A stretch of DNA of 64,000 nt from Coriobacteriia bacterium (GTDB lineage: Bacteria > Actinomycetota > Coriobacteriia > Anaerosomatales > Anaerosomataceae), in NCBI GenBank assembly GCA_016926975.1, contig JAFGNP010000006.1, positions 2,696 to 66,695 on the forward strand, written 5' to 3'. The notes beneath the pieces are model-generated. The model was not told the DNA's origin. It searched no databases and saw only the letters and a list, made by a program, of their open reading frames with translations. This document shows positions 44,295 through 53,785 of this stretch, one piece after another. Position numbers and translations under genes: made by a program. How positions within the stretch are numbered: the stretch's first letter is position 1; every line of letters starts with the position of its first letter.

Positions 44295-45314
44295 TCACGG
44301 CAGCTGCCCGATGCAGTCGTCCAGGGGCTTCATGTTGTCCGCGAACAGGCCGTAGCCGGCATAGGAGACGGTGGCTATGTAGTAGTCGGCGCGCTTGCGG
44401 GGCGGTATCTCGCGCAGCTCGCGGGCCAGGATCGTGGATGACGGCTGGTGGTTGGCGATCACGAACAGCACCTCGGGCCGCCTGGAGATCTCGGCGATCT
44501 CGAGGTCCGCCATGCGCCTGGGGACCGACGGCAGGCCGAGCTGCCGCTTCGTCTCGAAAACGCTTCGCAGCTCGCGGCACATCAGCTCGTAAGGCTTCGA
44601 GGTCGACTTCCGGGGTTTCGGAGTGAGGAACCTCTCTATGTCGCGCACGCGTTTGGCCAGGCCAGGTAGGGTGTCCGCCGAGTCGAGCGCAGTCGGTCGG
44701 GAGGCGAGCGCCGCGTCGCCCACCTTCATCTCGATGATCACCGGCGTTACCACGCCACTCCCGCGCGCGTGCCCAGCGGCCGGCCAGCGGAAGCCGATCA
44801 TGTCGAAGCGGTACGCGGGCTCCTGCTCGGCGAAGAGTTGCGCCGGCTGGGCGTAGTCCACGTCGACTATCAGGTAGTCCGACACCTCGCCCGTGGCGTG
44901 CCGGCTGTTGTCGCGCATCACCTGCTGCCGGTACTCGCGCTCGAGCTTAGGGTGCAGCGCCAGGCGCACGTCCGTGGCCTGCTTGTAGTCGGGGAGAGCG
45001 TTGGCCCAGGCGCGCGCGTGCTCCACGTCGGTGATCGTGTGCCGCGGCTTCCTGCGTCGCGTGAGGCGGTACTCGACGTCTTCGCCGAAGTAGCTCTCGT
45101 CCGACTTCGTTTCGAACCGCTCTCCGCCCGGCTGCTCGTAGATGCCGAGTATGCGCGTGCCTCGGTAGTAGATCTCGATGTGACCGTTGCGTATCTCCAG
45201 GCCGAGTGTGTCATCGTGCCGAACGCGTTCGAGGATGGGATTCAAGATGCCGTCCGGCAACAGCTGCTGCACGAACTGGGGCGAGATGCCGCGCTGAAGG
45301 CTTGCGTCTACCAT
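44295..45314 (-). CDS. Hypothetical protein with predicted PD-(D/E)xK nuclease core
   Basis: 339 aa. Reads ...YLIVDVDY...RFDMIGFRW...VTPVIIEMKVGD, a D...ExK arrangement on alternating strand-like segments. The family is not recognised. Confidence 0.45.
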   Translation of the reverse strand: MVDASLQRGISPQFVQQLLPDGILNPILERVRHDDTLGLEIRNGHIEIYYRGTRILGIYEQPGGERFETKSDESYFGEDVEYRLTRRRKPRHTITDVEHARAWANALPDYKQATDVRLALHPKLEREYRQQVMRDNSRHATGEVSDYLIVDVDYAQPAQLFAEQEPAYRFDMIGFRWPAAGHARGSGVVTPVIIEMKVGDAALASRPTALDSADTLPGLAKRVRDIERFLTPKPRKSTSKPYELMCRELRSVFETKRQLGLPSVPRRMADLEIAEISRRPEVLFVIANHQPSSTILARELREIPPRKRADYYIATVSYAGYGLFADNMKPLDDCIGQLP

Positions 45315-45496
45315 TCCCGGCTCCCTTCACGGTACGAAACGAGTATAGGCAAGTCGGGGCCGAGGTGCGGGAGAGATGTGTGACGGATTCGTGCCCCTGC
45401 TCCGAGACCTCCCCCCGCCGCGACATCTCACCCCAGCATTCACGACCGTCCCGCTTCGGCGCATACTTACGGAGAAGCCTAGGTACGGAGGTCGCT

Positions 45497-45898
45497 ATGC
45501 GCTCCACGCTGTTCCGCGCTGCCTCGCTCCTGTGCGCTGCGGCGCTTCTGCTTGCGCTGTCCATCGGCTGCGCTAAAGAGGAACTGCTCGTGCGGTTCGA
45601 ACAGGGCGAGTACTCCGCCACCGTGGGGGAGCCGGTCCAGCTCGAGCTCATCGGTATCGAGACGAGCACTCCCGGCTGCAGCTTCAAGGAGGCGCCGGAA
45701 GCCGAGATCTCCGACCGGACCTCCACGGTGGAGAAGTGGAAGGTGGATCCCTCGGAAGGCGCCAGCGTCAGTTCCTCGGGCGTCTTCACCGCTGATGAGC
45801 CTGGGGAGTACACCGTATCGGCCACCGTCGGGGATCTCTCGCACATCGCCACCGTGAAGGTCGCCTCGGAAGGCGAAGGGGACGCACAGACACCCTGA
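45497..45898 (+). CDS. Small lipoprotein with Ig-like (Big_2-like) domain
   Basis: Lipobox LSIGC. ATVGEPVQLELIG...VSSSGVFTADEPGEYTVSATVGDLSHIATVKV resembles bacterial Ig-like domains. Confidence 0.5.
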   Translation: MRSTLFRAASLLCAAALLLALSIGCAKEELLVRFEQGEYSATVGEPVQLELIGIETSTPGCSFKEAPEAEISDRTSTVEKWKVDPSEGASVSSSGVFTADEPGEYTVSATVGDLSHIATVKVASEGEGDAQTP

Positions 45899-46569
45899 AG
45901 GCGGGCGCCAGCGCAGTCCGGTTCAGCCGAAACGGGCCTTCTGAGGGGTTGCAGGGGGCGCAAACGCCCGGTGGCGAGTGCAATCGACCGTTCGTATGCG
46001 GCGAAGACCGCTAATCCTGCAATATGTTCCTTGTGTCGCTTGATATACACCGGTCGGCAGGTACCTCTACATTTCCAAAATTGCCTATTGCGTCGCCCGT
46101 GAAGGTACCGTAAAGTCGTTCTTGTCCCGAGAGGTCGATCCGGGAGAACCGCCAAAGGTGACGTACCAGTAGCTGCCGGCGGGGTGTTCAGGGGAACGGG
46201 CTTCGCGAAAGCTGGCTGGTTCCGCTGGGGCTCCAAAGGAAAGAAATGGGAAGTCGCGGAGTAGCGGATCTTCGCAGGTGAGGTTTCTCGGGACACCTCT
46301 ATTCCCAGGCTGACTCTCGATACCTTCTCTCGACGCTTGCTGCGTGCGAGCGCGTCTTCCACAGGCGTTCAAGTTCCGGTGAGATCCGGTTGACGACCCC
46401 CCGTTATCTTGTGAGTGCCCGTCTGTTGTTGTGGCGGTGGGTGTCTTACAGTCAGTCTCGAAGGTCGGGCATAGCGCACACTGCAGCGGGATGATCGCGG
46501 TTGGGGTGCGTCTGTCGTCAGCGTGTCAGACCTGCGCGCTACCATTCTCGCGGATGGAGATGATGTCGC

Positions 46570-48051
46570 ATGGCGAGGATGATTTCCAAATCGCGGTTCC
46601 AGAAGGGGCTTCAGTGCGAGAAGGCCCTGTGGCTCGGATTCAATCGTCGCGAACTGGCTACGCCCCCCGACGAAGCGCAGCAGCGCATATTCGACCAGGG
46701 CACCGAGGTGGGGCAGCTCGCCCGCCAGCTCTTCCCGGGCGGCGTAGAAGTTGCCGAGGACTTCATGCATCCCCGAGACGCTCTCGCTACAACGGCGCGT
46801 CTGATAGCCGAAGGTGCCAGGGTCCTCTACGAGCCCGCGTTCGAGCACGACGGCGCGTTTGCGCGCGTGGACATCCTCGTTGCCAATGAAGACGACCGGT
46901 GGGACCTCTACGAGGTGAAGTCGTCGGGATCCCTCAAGGACGTGCACATCACCGACGCGGCCGTACAGGCGTACGCGGTAGAGGGCTCGGGCCTGAAGCT
47001 CCGCAGGATCGCGATCGTCCGCCTGAACACGTCGTACGTGTACGCCGGAGGCGAGTACGACCTGCAGGGGCTCTTCGCCATCGATGACATCACCGAGATG
47101 GCGCGCGGCTATATGCCCACGGTGCCGACTACGCTCACTCGCTTCAGAGAAGTCCTGGAGGGGCCCGAGCCCGAGATCCGCGTGGGAGCGCAGTGCTCGA
47201 CACCTTACCCTTGCGATTTCGCCGAGTACTGCCACGCGTTCATGCCCGGTGAGTTCCCGGTGACGGCTTTGCCGCGGTTGAGCGAGCCGCGCCTTCACGC
47301 GCTGCTCGATGAAGGCATCACATCGATCCGCGATGTCCCTGAGGACTTCCCGGGTCTCACTTCGGCACAGCGCGAGTCGATCGCGGTTGTGAGGGCCGGT
47401 GAGCCGTACGTGGACGTCGAGGGCCTTTCGGCAGCGCTAGCGGGCCTGGAGTTCCCCGTCTGTCACCTCGACTTCGAGACGGTGAACCCCGCGTTGCCGG
47501 TATGGCCCGGAACCAGGCCCTACGAGGTCATACCGTTCCAGTATTCGGTACACATCCAGCACTCGAACGGCAACGTGGAGCACCGGGAGTACATCGATGT
47601 CGGCACGGTCGACCCGCGCCGCGCGCTTGCCGAGCACCTGCTGGACGACCTCGGCGAGACGGGCTCGGTGGTGCACTACACGAACTTCGAGCGCACAAGG
47701 CTCACGGCTCTGGCCGAGGTGCTTCCCGATCTCGCGCCTGCCATCAAGCGGGCGCAGAAGCGGCTGTTCGACCTCGAGGCGGTCATCCGGAAGAACACCT
47801 GCCACCCGCTCTCGATCGGGCGGTCGAGCATCAAGAGCGTACTGCCGGCGTGGTGCGCCGATCTCTCGTATGCCGGGATGAGCATCGCCGACGGCCAGAC
47901 GGCGAGCGCGCGCTATCTCGAGGCCGTGAAGGGCACCGTATCGCAGGAGGAGGCCGAAGCGATCTTCGCCGACCTGCTGGAGTACTGCGGACTGGACACT
48001 CTGGCGATGGTCCGGCTTCTCGACGAGATGATGCTCAAGGTTGCGGGGTAG
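46570..48051 (+). CDS. DUF2779 domain protein (N-terminal PD-(D/E)xK, C-terminal DFET module)
   Basis: ISKSRFQKGLQCEKALWL start, VDILV...LYEVKSS nuclease motif, and HLDFETVNPALP..PY..IPFQYSVH later on. All are characteristic of DUF2779 as I recall it. Confidence 0.7.
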   Translation: MARMISKSRFQKGLQCEKALWLGFNRRELATPPDEAQQRIFDQGTEVGQLARQLFPGGVEVAEDFMHPRDALATTARLIAEGARVLYEPAFEHDGAFARVDILVANEDDRWDLYEVKSSGSLKDVHITDAAVQAYAVEGSGLKLRRIAIVRLNTSYVYAGGEYDLQGLFAIDDITEMARGYMPTVPTTLTRFREVLEGPEPEIRVGAQCSTPYPCDFAEYCHAFMPGEFPVTALPRLSEPRLHALLDEGITSIRDVPEDFPGLTSAQRESIAVVRAGEPYVDVEGLSAALAGLEFPVCHLDFETVNPALPVWPGTRPYEVIPFQYSVHIQHSNGNVEHREYIDVGTVDPRRALAEHLLDDLGETGSVVHYTNFERTRLTALAEVLPDLAPAIKRAQKRLFDLEAVIRKNTCHPLSIGRSSIKSVLPAWCADLSYAGMSIADGQTASARYLEAVKGTVSQEEAEAIFADLLEYCGLDTLAMVRLLDEMMLKVAG

Positions 48052-48091
48052 GTGGTGCTCCGATCGGCGCTCTCCCGCGCGCGGCATCGCG

Positions 48092-49261
48092 CTAGAGCGG
48101 CAGGTCCCAGATCCGCCATGTCTTATAGCGTTCGCCGCCCATGAACTCGGCGGCGCGGATGATCAGGTCGTTCACCTCTAGCAGCAGCGAGACGTCGCAC
48201 TTCTTATAGCCCTTGGACAGCGCGTATTCGTGGACTTCCTTGTACAGGAGCGCATCTGCGCCCAGGCGCCGGAAGCCCGGCACGATGCCGAAGAATATCA
48301 GCCGCACCCGGGGGATCTTCCTGCGCTTCGCGAACAGCCTGGCCAGCCGCGTGTAGTCCGAGTCGCCGTACATCTTCCAGCGAGGCTGCAGCAGGTAGTT
48401 GGGATCGGGGAAGGCCCCGAGAACCGCGATCGGCTCGCCCTTGTAGTAGGCGAACCGGCACAGTCCCGGGTCGATGATCGGCTTCAGCGCTTCGACCAGC
48501 GCGTCGACCTCCCAGTCGGTGATCGGGAGGAATCCCCAGTTCTGCGCCCAGGCCTGGTTGTAGATGTCGATCACGATGCGCAGGTCCTCGTCGAAGCGCG
48601 ACATCTCCAGGGACCGGATCTCGATATGTCCCTTGGCGCGAACGGCTTCGGAGATCTTTGCCAGCCGCTCGGGCACCGGCTGCGTGAGGTCTATCAGGTG
48701 CGCGTAGTAGTCCATCGCCTTGGCGAAGCCGTAGCGCTCGATGAACTCGGCGTAGTAGGGCGGGTTGTACGTGTGCTCCACGTACACGTCCTGGTCGAAC
48801 CCCTCGATCAGGCATGCCTGACGCTCGTGGGTGGCGTTGCTGTACTCGCCCGGGCCGCGCAGCACCTCGGCGCCCTGCGCCTTCGCCCAGTCGCGGGCCG
48901 CATCCAGAAGCGCCTCGGCCACCGCATAGTCCTCCACGGTTTCGAAGAAGCCGAAGAACGCGTAGTTGCTGTTGTAGTAGTCGTTGAAGCGGTGGTTCAC
49001 CACCACCGAGATGCGCCCTGCTGCCTCGTCGCCACGGAAGGCCATGAAGTGCGTGGCATCGGCCGTCTTGTGGTACGGGTGGTCCGGCTTCAGAAGCCCC
49101 TTCATGCCGAGTAGGCGGTTCCCGAGCAGGTCGGCATCCAGTTGGGGTACCCAGTGCTCGTTCCCGCGGTAGTGCTTCCAATGGAAATCGACGAACTGCT
49201 TGATGCGCGGGTCGCCGAGCGGGATCTCTTCTACGCGCACGGACGGATCGGCGTCGGCCAT
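48092..49261 (-). CDS. GNAT-fold acyltransferase-like protein (uncharacterised family)
   Basis: 389 aa from ATG 49261 with a perfect AAGGAGGA upstream. The FFGFFE block and an acyl-CoA N-acyltransferase-like C-terminal half (GFRRLGADALLY) are present. Confidence 0.5.
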   Translation of the reverse strand: MADADPSVRVEEIPLGDPRIKQFVDFHWKHYRGNEHWVPQLDADLLGNRLLGMKGLLKPDHPYHKTADATHFMAFRGDEAAGRISVVVNHRFNDYYNSNYAFFGFFETVEDYAVAEALLDAARDWAKAQGAEVLRGPGEYSNATHERQACLIEGFDQDVYVEHTYNPPYYAEFIERYGFAKAMDYYAHLIDLTQPVPERLAKISEAVRAKGHIEIRSLEMSRFDEDLRIVIDIYNQAWAQNWGFLPITDWEVDALVEALKPIIDPGLCRFAYYKGEPIAVLGAFPDPNYLLQPRWKMYGDSDYTRLARLFAKRRKIPRVRLIFFGIVPGFRRLGADALLYKEVHEYALSKGYKKCDVSLLLEVNDLIIRAAEFMGGERYKTWRIWDLPL

Positions 49262-49349
49262 CGTTCCTCCTTGTCTGGTGCATTGCGCATGAGCGTAACA
49301 CCGAGGGTGGTGCTGGTACACTTAACCATCAGCGAAAGGGACTCTGCCC

Positions 49350-50264
49350 ATGCTTGAAGGGCTTGCATCCAGCCGGATAGGAATGCGCATGGCGCTCGGC
49401 GTCGGCCGCGCCGTGCCGAAGCGTGCCGCGGACAGAGTGGTGGGCGCGTTAGCCCGCCGCATGGCATCCGACACCGGCTCCGAATTGGTGCGTGCCTCGC
49501 GCGTGAACCAGTTCGTCGTCTCCGGCGGCACACTCTCCGGCGAGGCGCTGGAGCAGACTGTGCGCGAGAACGTCCTCTCGATGGCGCGCTCCCTCTACGA
49601 CCTCTACCACGTGCTCGGCGACGACGATGCCGAGGAGTCCCTCGTCGTGCGTGACGCGGAGTTCGTCAAGTTCGTGGAGCGCGAGAGTTCGTCCGGTCCG
49701 TACGTATACGTGGGTGTGCATCTCGGCAACTTCGATTTGCTCGGCCGTGTGCTCGGACGCGCCGGTTGGACGATGCAGGTGCTTTCGGTGCCCGATCCCA
49801 CTGGCGGCTACCAGTGGCAGAACGACATGCGCGAGCAGGTGGGGTTCGAGGTCACCCCTGTCTCGCTCGAGTCTCTGAAGGCGGCCGCACGGCGTCTCGA
49901 AGCCGGGGGGTCCGTGCTGACGGGCCTGGACCGGCCGCTCGATGAGCCCGACAAAGTGCAGCCGCGATTCTTCGGTCGGCCTTGTGCGCTGCCGCTTCTC
50001 CACGTGCGGCTGGCGATGCGCGCTGGCGTGCCCGTGATACCGTTCACCGCGCCACGCACGCCTGACGGCCACTACCGCCTTCTGAGCACTGACCCTATCC
50101 CCATGGTCGGCGACCGTTCTTCGCCCGAGGCGCTGCTGGCGAACGCCGAGCGTTGTCTTGCGCCCGCCGAACGCTGGATCGCCGAGTATCCTTCGCAGTG
50201 GGCCATGCCGCACGTGGTTTGGCCGGACGTTTCTCTGCCTGCCGACGAGGAGCATGCCGAATGA
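49350..50264 (+). CDS. Lipid A/PIM-type lysophospholipid acyltransferase (LpxL/HtrB/PatA family)
   Basis: VHLGNFD (HX4D) motif and family-like length. Overlaps the following CDP-alcohol phosphatidyltransferase gene (ATGA), as in the actinobacterial pgsA1-patA arrangement. Confidence 0.7.
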   Translation: MLEGLASSRIGMRMALGVGRAVPKRAADRVVGALARRMASDTGSELVRASRVNQFVVSGGTLSGEALEQTVRENVLSMARSLYDLYHVLGDDDAEESLVVRDAEFVKFVERESSSGPYVYVGVHLGNFDLLGRVLGRAGWTMQVLSVPDPTGGYQWQNDMREQVGFEVTPVSLESLKAAARRLEAGGSVLTGLDRPLDEPDKVQPRFFGRPCALPLLHVRLAMRAGVPVIPFTAPRTPDGHYRLLSTDPIPMVGDRSSPEALLANAERCLAPAERWIAEYPSQWAMPHVVWPDVSLPADEEHAE

Positions 50265-50956
50265 CCGAGATGGGCGATATCAAGCAGCACAAGCGCGTGA
50301 ACGACATGCTTCTCGGCCCGCTCGAGAGGCCGGCGCTGCAGTGGATGGCCTCGCACTCGCCGGCATGGGTGACGCCCGACGTTCTCACCGCTCTGGGCGT
50401 CGTCGGCTCGCTGTTCTGCTTCGCGGGCTACTGGCTCTCGGGGCGTAGCGTGCTGTGGCTGCTCTTCGTCAACCTCGGCTTCATAATCAACTGGGTCGGC
50501 GACAGCCTAGACGGCACGCTCGCACGCTACCGCAAGATCGAGCGTCCGAAGTTCGGCTTCTACATCGACCACACGGTCGATGCGGTCACCGAGTTCCTGA
50601 CCATCATCGGCATCGGCATGTCGCCTTTCCTGCGTCTGGACATCGCGGCGTTCGCGATGATCGGCTATCTGCTGATGAGCGTTCACGTGTACGTGCGCAC
50701 GGCCGTGGAGGGTGTCTTCAAGATCAGCTACGGCACCTTCGGCCCAACCGAGCTCAGGGTCATCATCATGCTGGTGAACACCGCGATCATGCTTGCCGAA
50801 GGCTGGTTCCTGACTCCTCTCCTGCGCGACGTGCCGGTCCTCGGGAATCTGCTGCCGTTCGACATCATCGGCATCGTCCTTGCGGTGGCGCTCAGCGGCG
50901 TGTTCCTCGGCTCTTCATGGGAGCATGCGGTAAGGCTCGCCAGGGAAGGGAAGTAG
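50261..50956 (+). CDS. CDP-alcohol phosphatidyltransferase
   Basis: NWVGDSLDGTLAR...G...DHTVD matches DG(x)2AR...G(x)3D(x)3D. Polytopic. Confidence 0.85.
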   Translation: MTEMGDIKQHKRVNDMLLGPLERPALQWMASHSPAWVTPDVLTALGVVGSLFCFAGYWLSGRSVLWLLFVNLGFIINWVGDSLDGTLARYRKIERPKFGFYIDHTVDAVTEFLTIIGIGMSPFLRLDIAAFAMIGYLLMSVHVYVRTAVEGVFKISYGTFGPTELRVIIMLVNTAIMLAEGWFLTPLLRDVPVLGNLLPFDIIGIVLAVALSGVFLGSSWEHAVRLAREGK

Positions 50957-50987
50957 CGTGCAGCCAACCCCGGGTTGGAGGCGCCAG

Positions 50988-51857
50988 ATGAGGTCGATAC
51001 TGGGCCGCAAGCGGATCGGACTGGCGCTCGGAAGCGGTGCTGCCCGCGGGCTCGCGCACATCGGGGTGCTCAAGGTCCTTGAGGCTGCGGACCTCGCGCC
51101 CGATGTCGTGACCGGTACGAGCATGGGAGCCATGGTCGGGGCCTTGTACGCGGCAGGCATACCGCTCGCCGAGATCGAGCAGATCGCACTCGATTTCGAC
51201 ATCAAGACGATCACGGGTGTTTCGGAGGTGGCGCTTGCCAAGGGCGCTGTCTTCTCCGGTGACAAGGTGCAGTCCTTCCTGCGCGAGCACCTGCCCGCCA
51301 CCTTCGAAGAGCTGCGCGTTCCTTTCGGCTGTGTGGCGACCGATCTCACGCGCAACGTGCCGGTGCGCTTTACCTCGGGCGACCTCATCGGAGCTATCCG
51401 GGCGAGCGTGTCGGTCCCGCTGGCCTTCGTGCCCGTCCGCATGGACGACATGCTCCTGGTGGACGGGTACGTGTGCGACCCCGTGCCGGTGGACCTGGCC
51501 CGGCATCTCGGAGGACAGACGATAGTGGCCGTCGAAGTGTGCGGTAGCGGCACCGTCGAGCTACCTCAGGACGGTGACCAGGGCGTGGCGCGCCAGGTCA
51601 AGGACAGGCACTCGGCCATTGTGAGCGGGAAGCCGTACCGTCGAGGTTCGGCGGGACTCGACATCATGGGAGCCGTCTCAGAGGCGTTAGAACGCCGAGT
51701 GGCCGAGCCTGCCTTGAGGAAGGCGGACGTCGTCATCTCTCCCGGCATCCACTACCTGGACGGCCTCGAGTACGGTCAGGCTGCCGCTGCGATCGAGGCC
51801 GGCGAGGAGGCCGCGCTGGCGGCTGTCGGTGCGGTGCGCCGAAAGGCGCGCCGCTAG
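50988..51857 (+). CDS. Patatin-like phospholipase
   Basis: GLALGSGAARGLAHIGV (oxyanion GGxR-like), GTSMGA (GxSxG) and DGY (catalytic Asp) motifs. Confidence 0.85.
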   Translation: MRSILGRKRIGLALGSGAARGLAHIGVLKVLEAADLAPDVVTGTSMGAMVGALYAAGIPLAEIEQIALDFDIKTITGVSEVALAKGAVFSGDKVQSFLREHLPATFEELRVPFGCVATDLTRNVPVRFTSGDLIGAIRASVSVPLAFVPVRMDDMLLVDGYVCDPVPVDLARHLGGQTIVAVEVCGSGTVELPQDGDQGVARQVKDRHSAIVSGKPYRRGSAGLDIMGAVSEALERRVAEPALRKADVVISPGIHYLDGLEYGQAAAAIEAGEEAALAAVGAVRRKARR

Positions 51858-51937
51858 AGGCCTCTCAGGTCCCCTGGCCTTCGCGAGGCTGCTGTTAGAA
51901 TGCGTCTGACCGCACCTGCCTGCCGAGAGGAGCTTCC

Positions 51938-52576
51938 GTGCCGCTGTCGAAGACCGCCCGCACCGTGCTCATCGCAGTCATTCCGATCGCAGCCGTAGCG
52001 TGTGCGGTGGCGGTCCTCAGCATCCCCGAGGACGAGCGGCTCGGCGCGATGGTGCGCTTCGTGATGTTCCACGGGGCGTCCACCTGGGTGAACATGGGCA
52101 CCTTCACGCTGGCGGGAGTCTGCGGGCTCGGCTTCGTGTTCGGCGCGAAGAAGCTCGGGCGTTGGGGAGAGGCGTTCCGCTGGTTCTCCCTGCCGCTTTG
52201 GACGGTGAACACCGTGCTCGGCATCATGTCGATGCAGCTGATCTGGGGCGGCATCCTGTGGAACGAGCCCCGGCTGTCTATGACCTTCGGACTGCTGGCG
52301 GCCGCTGTCATCATCCTGGCGTTGCAGCTCATCTTCGACCACCCGAAGGTGCCTGCCGCGCTCGATGCGTTCCTCGCGGCGGCGCTATGGCTTCTCGTGC
52401 TGGTTCTGCCGAACCTCTTCCACCCCGATAGCCCGGTCTTCAACTCGGACAACATGGCCTACATCTACGGATTCTTCGGGATGGTGCTCTCGATCGCGGT
52501 CGTCGCGCTCGCAGTCGTCACGCTCGTGGCGCGCAGGAAGCACCCCGAGCACACCCACGGTCACGCGCTGCCGTAG
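51938..52576 (+). CDS. CcmC-like haem-handling membrane protein (WWD-type Trp-rich motif)
   Basis: 212 aa with about 6 TM segments. FHGASTW (conserved His before TM2), LIWGGILWNEPRLS (compare the CcmC motif WG..W.WD.RLT) and a distal HP. Confidence 0.5.
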   Translation: MPLSKTARTVLIAVIPIAAVACAVAVLSIPEDERLGAMVRFVMFHGASTWVNMGTFTLAGVCGLGFVFGAKKLGRWGEAFRWFSLPLWTVNTVLGIMSMQLIWGGILWNEPRLSMTFGLLAAAVIILALQLIFDHPKVPAALDAFLAAALWLLVLVLPNLFHPDSPVFNSDNMAYIYGFFGMVLSIAVVALAVVTLVARRKHPEHTHGHALP

Positions 52577-52582
52577 CAGCTG

Positions 52583-53785
52583 CTACGCAGGAAGCACGCC
52601 GAGTTCGCGGCCGATCTTGGCGAACGCCTCGAGGACGAACTCCATCTGCGCGTCGGTGTGCGTCGCCATGTAGCTGGTGCGGAGCAGTGCGCGTCCTGCG
52701 GGTACGGCCGGCGGGCGCACGGGATTCACGAACACGCCCTCCTCGGCCAGGCGGCGCCAGAACTCGAAGACAAGCATCTCATCGCCCAGGATTATCGGTA
52801 TGACCGGCGTCTCGCTGGTGCCGGTGTCGAAGCCGAGCTCACGGTAGCCGGCCTGCATCCGCCGCGTGACCTCCCAGAGCCGCTGGCGGTGCTGCGGCTC
52901 GCTCTCCATGACGTCCAGCGCGCCGAGGCACGCGCCCACACTCGGTGGAGCCATCGCCGCGGAGAAGATGAACGGCCGCGAGGAGTGCTTGACGTAGTCG
53001 ATCACCACGGCGTCGCCGGCGATGAAGCCGCCAAGCGAGGCGAAGCTCTTCGAGAACGTCCCCATGATGAGGTCGACCTGGTCGGTGACTCCGAAATGTG
53101 CCGAGGTGCCCTCGCCTTTGGGGCCGATCACGCCCGAGGCGTGCGCGTCGTCCACCATCAGGCGCGCTCCGTGCTCGCGGATGACGGGCAGCATCCTGTC
53201 GAGCGGCGCAATGTCGCCTTCCATGGAGAAGATGCCGTCGACGACCACCAGGGCGCCGCCACCGTTACCGTTGCTGTTGTTGCTGCTGCGCTCGAGCGCA
53301 GCGCGCAGACTCTCCACGTCGTTGTGCTCGAAGCGCTCGACCTTGCCGTAGCTGAGCTTGCAGCCGTCGTAGATGCTCGCGTGGTCGTCCTTGTCGATCA
53401 CTACGGTGTCGTGCCGGCTGGCCAGTGCAGATATTGTGCCGAGGTTCGCACCGAACCCGGTGGAGAACACCAGCGCAGCCTCCTTGCCCACGAAGCGCGC
53501 CAGGCGGCCCTCGAACTCCTCGTGGATGTCGAGGTTGCCGTTCAGCAGGCGCGAGCCGGTGCACGATGTACCGTACTTCGCCAGCGCCTCGGCGGCGCGC
53601 TCGCGGACGTGAGGATGCGTGGTCAGCCCGAGGTAGTTGTTCGAGCCGAGCATGATCAGCTCGCGGCCGTCGACGAGGACCTTTGAGTCAGACTCGGACT
53701 CGATCACTCTGAAATACGGGTAGTAGCCTGATTCGCGCGCAACGCGTACTTCGGTGAAGTCCAACGCCTTCTGGAATATGTCCAC
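52583..53785 (-). CDS. Alpha-oxoamine synthase family PLP enzyme (BioF/Kbl/serine-palmitoyltransferase-like)
   Basis: 400 aa with YYPYFR.IES, GSNNYLGL, VDDAH..G and GTFSKS (PLP Lys). Substrate cannot be assigned by eye. Confidence 0.8.
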   Translation of the reverse strand: MDIFQKALDFTEVRVARESGYYPYFRVIESESDSKVLVDGRELIMLGSNNYLGLTTHPHVRERAAEALAKYGTSCTGSRLLNGNLDIHEEFEGRLARFVGKEAALVFSTGFGANLGTISALASRHDTVVIDKDDHASIYDGCKLSYGKVERFEHNDVESLRAALERSSNNSNGNGGGALVVVDGIFSMEGDIAPLDRMLPVIREHGARLMVDDAHASGVIGPKGEGTSAHFGVTDQVDLIMGTFSKSFASLGGFIAGDAVVIDYVKHSSRPFIFSAAMAPPSVGACLGALDVMESEPQHRQRLWEVTRRMQAGYRELGFDTGTSETPVIPIILGDEMLVFEFWRRLAEEGVFVNPVRPPAVPAGRALLRTSYMATHTDAQMEFVLEAFAKIGRELGVLPA

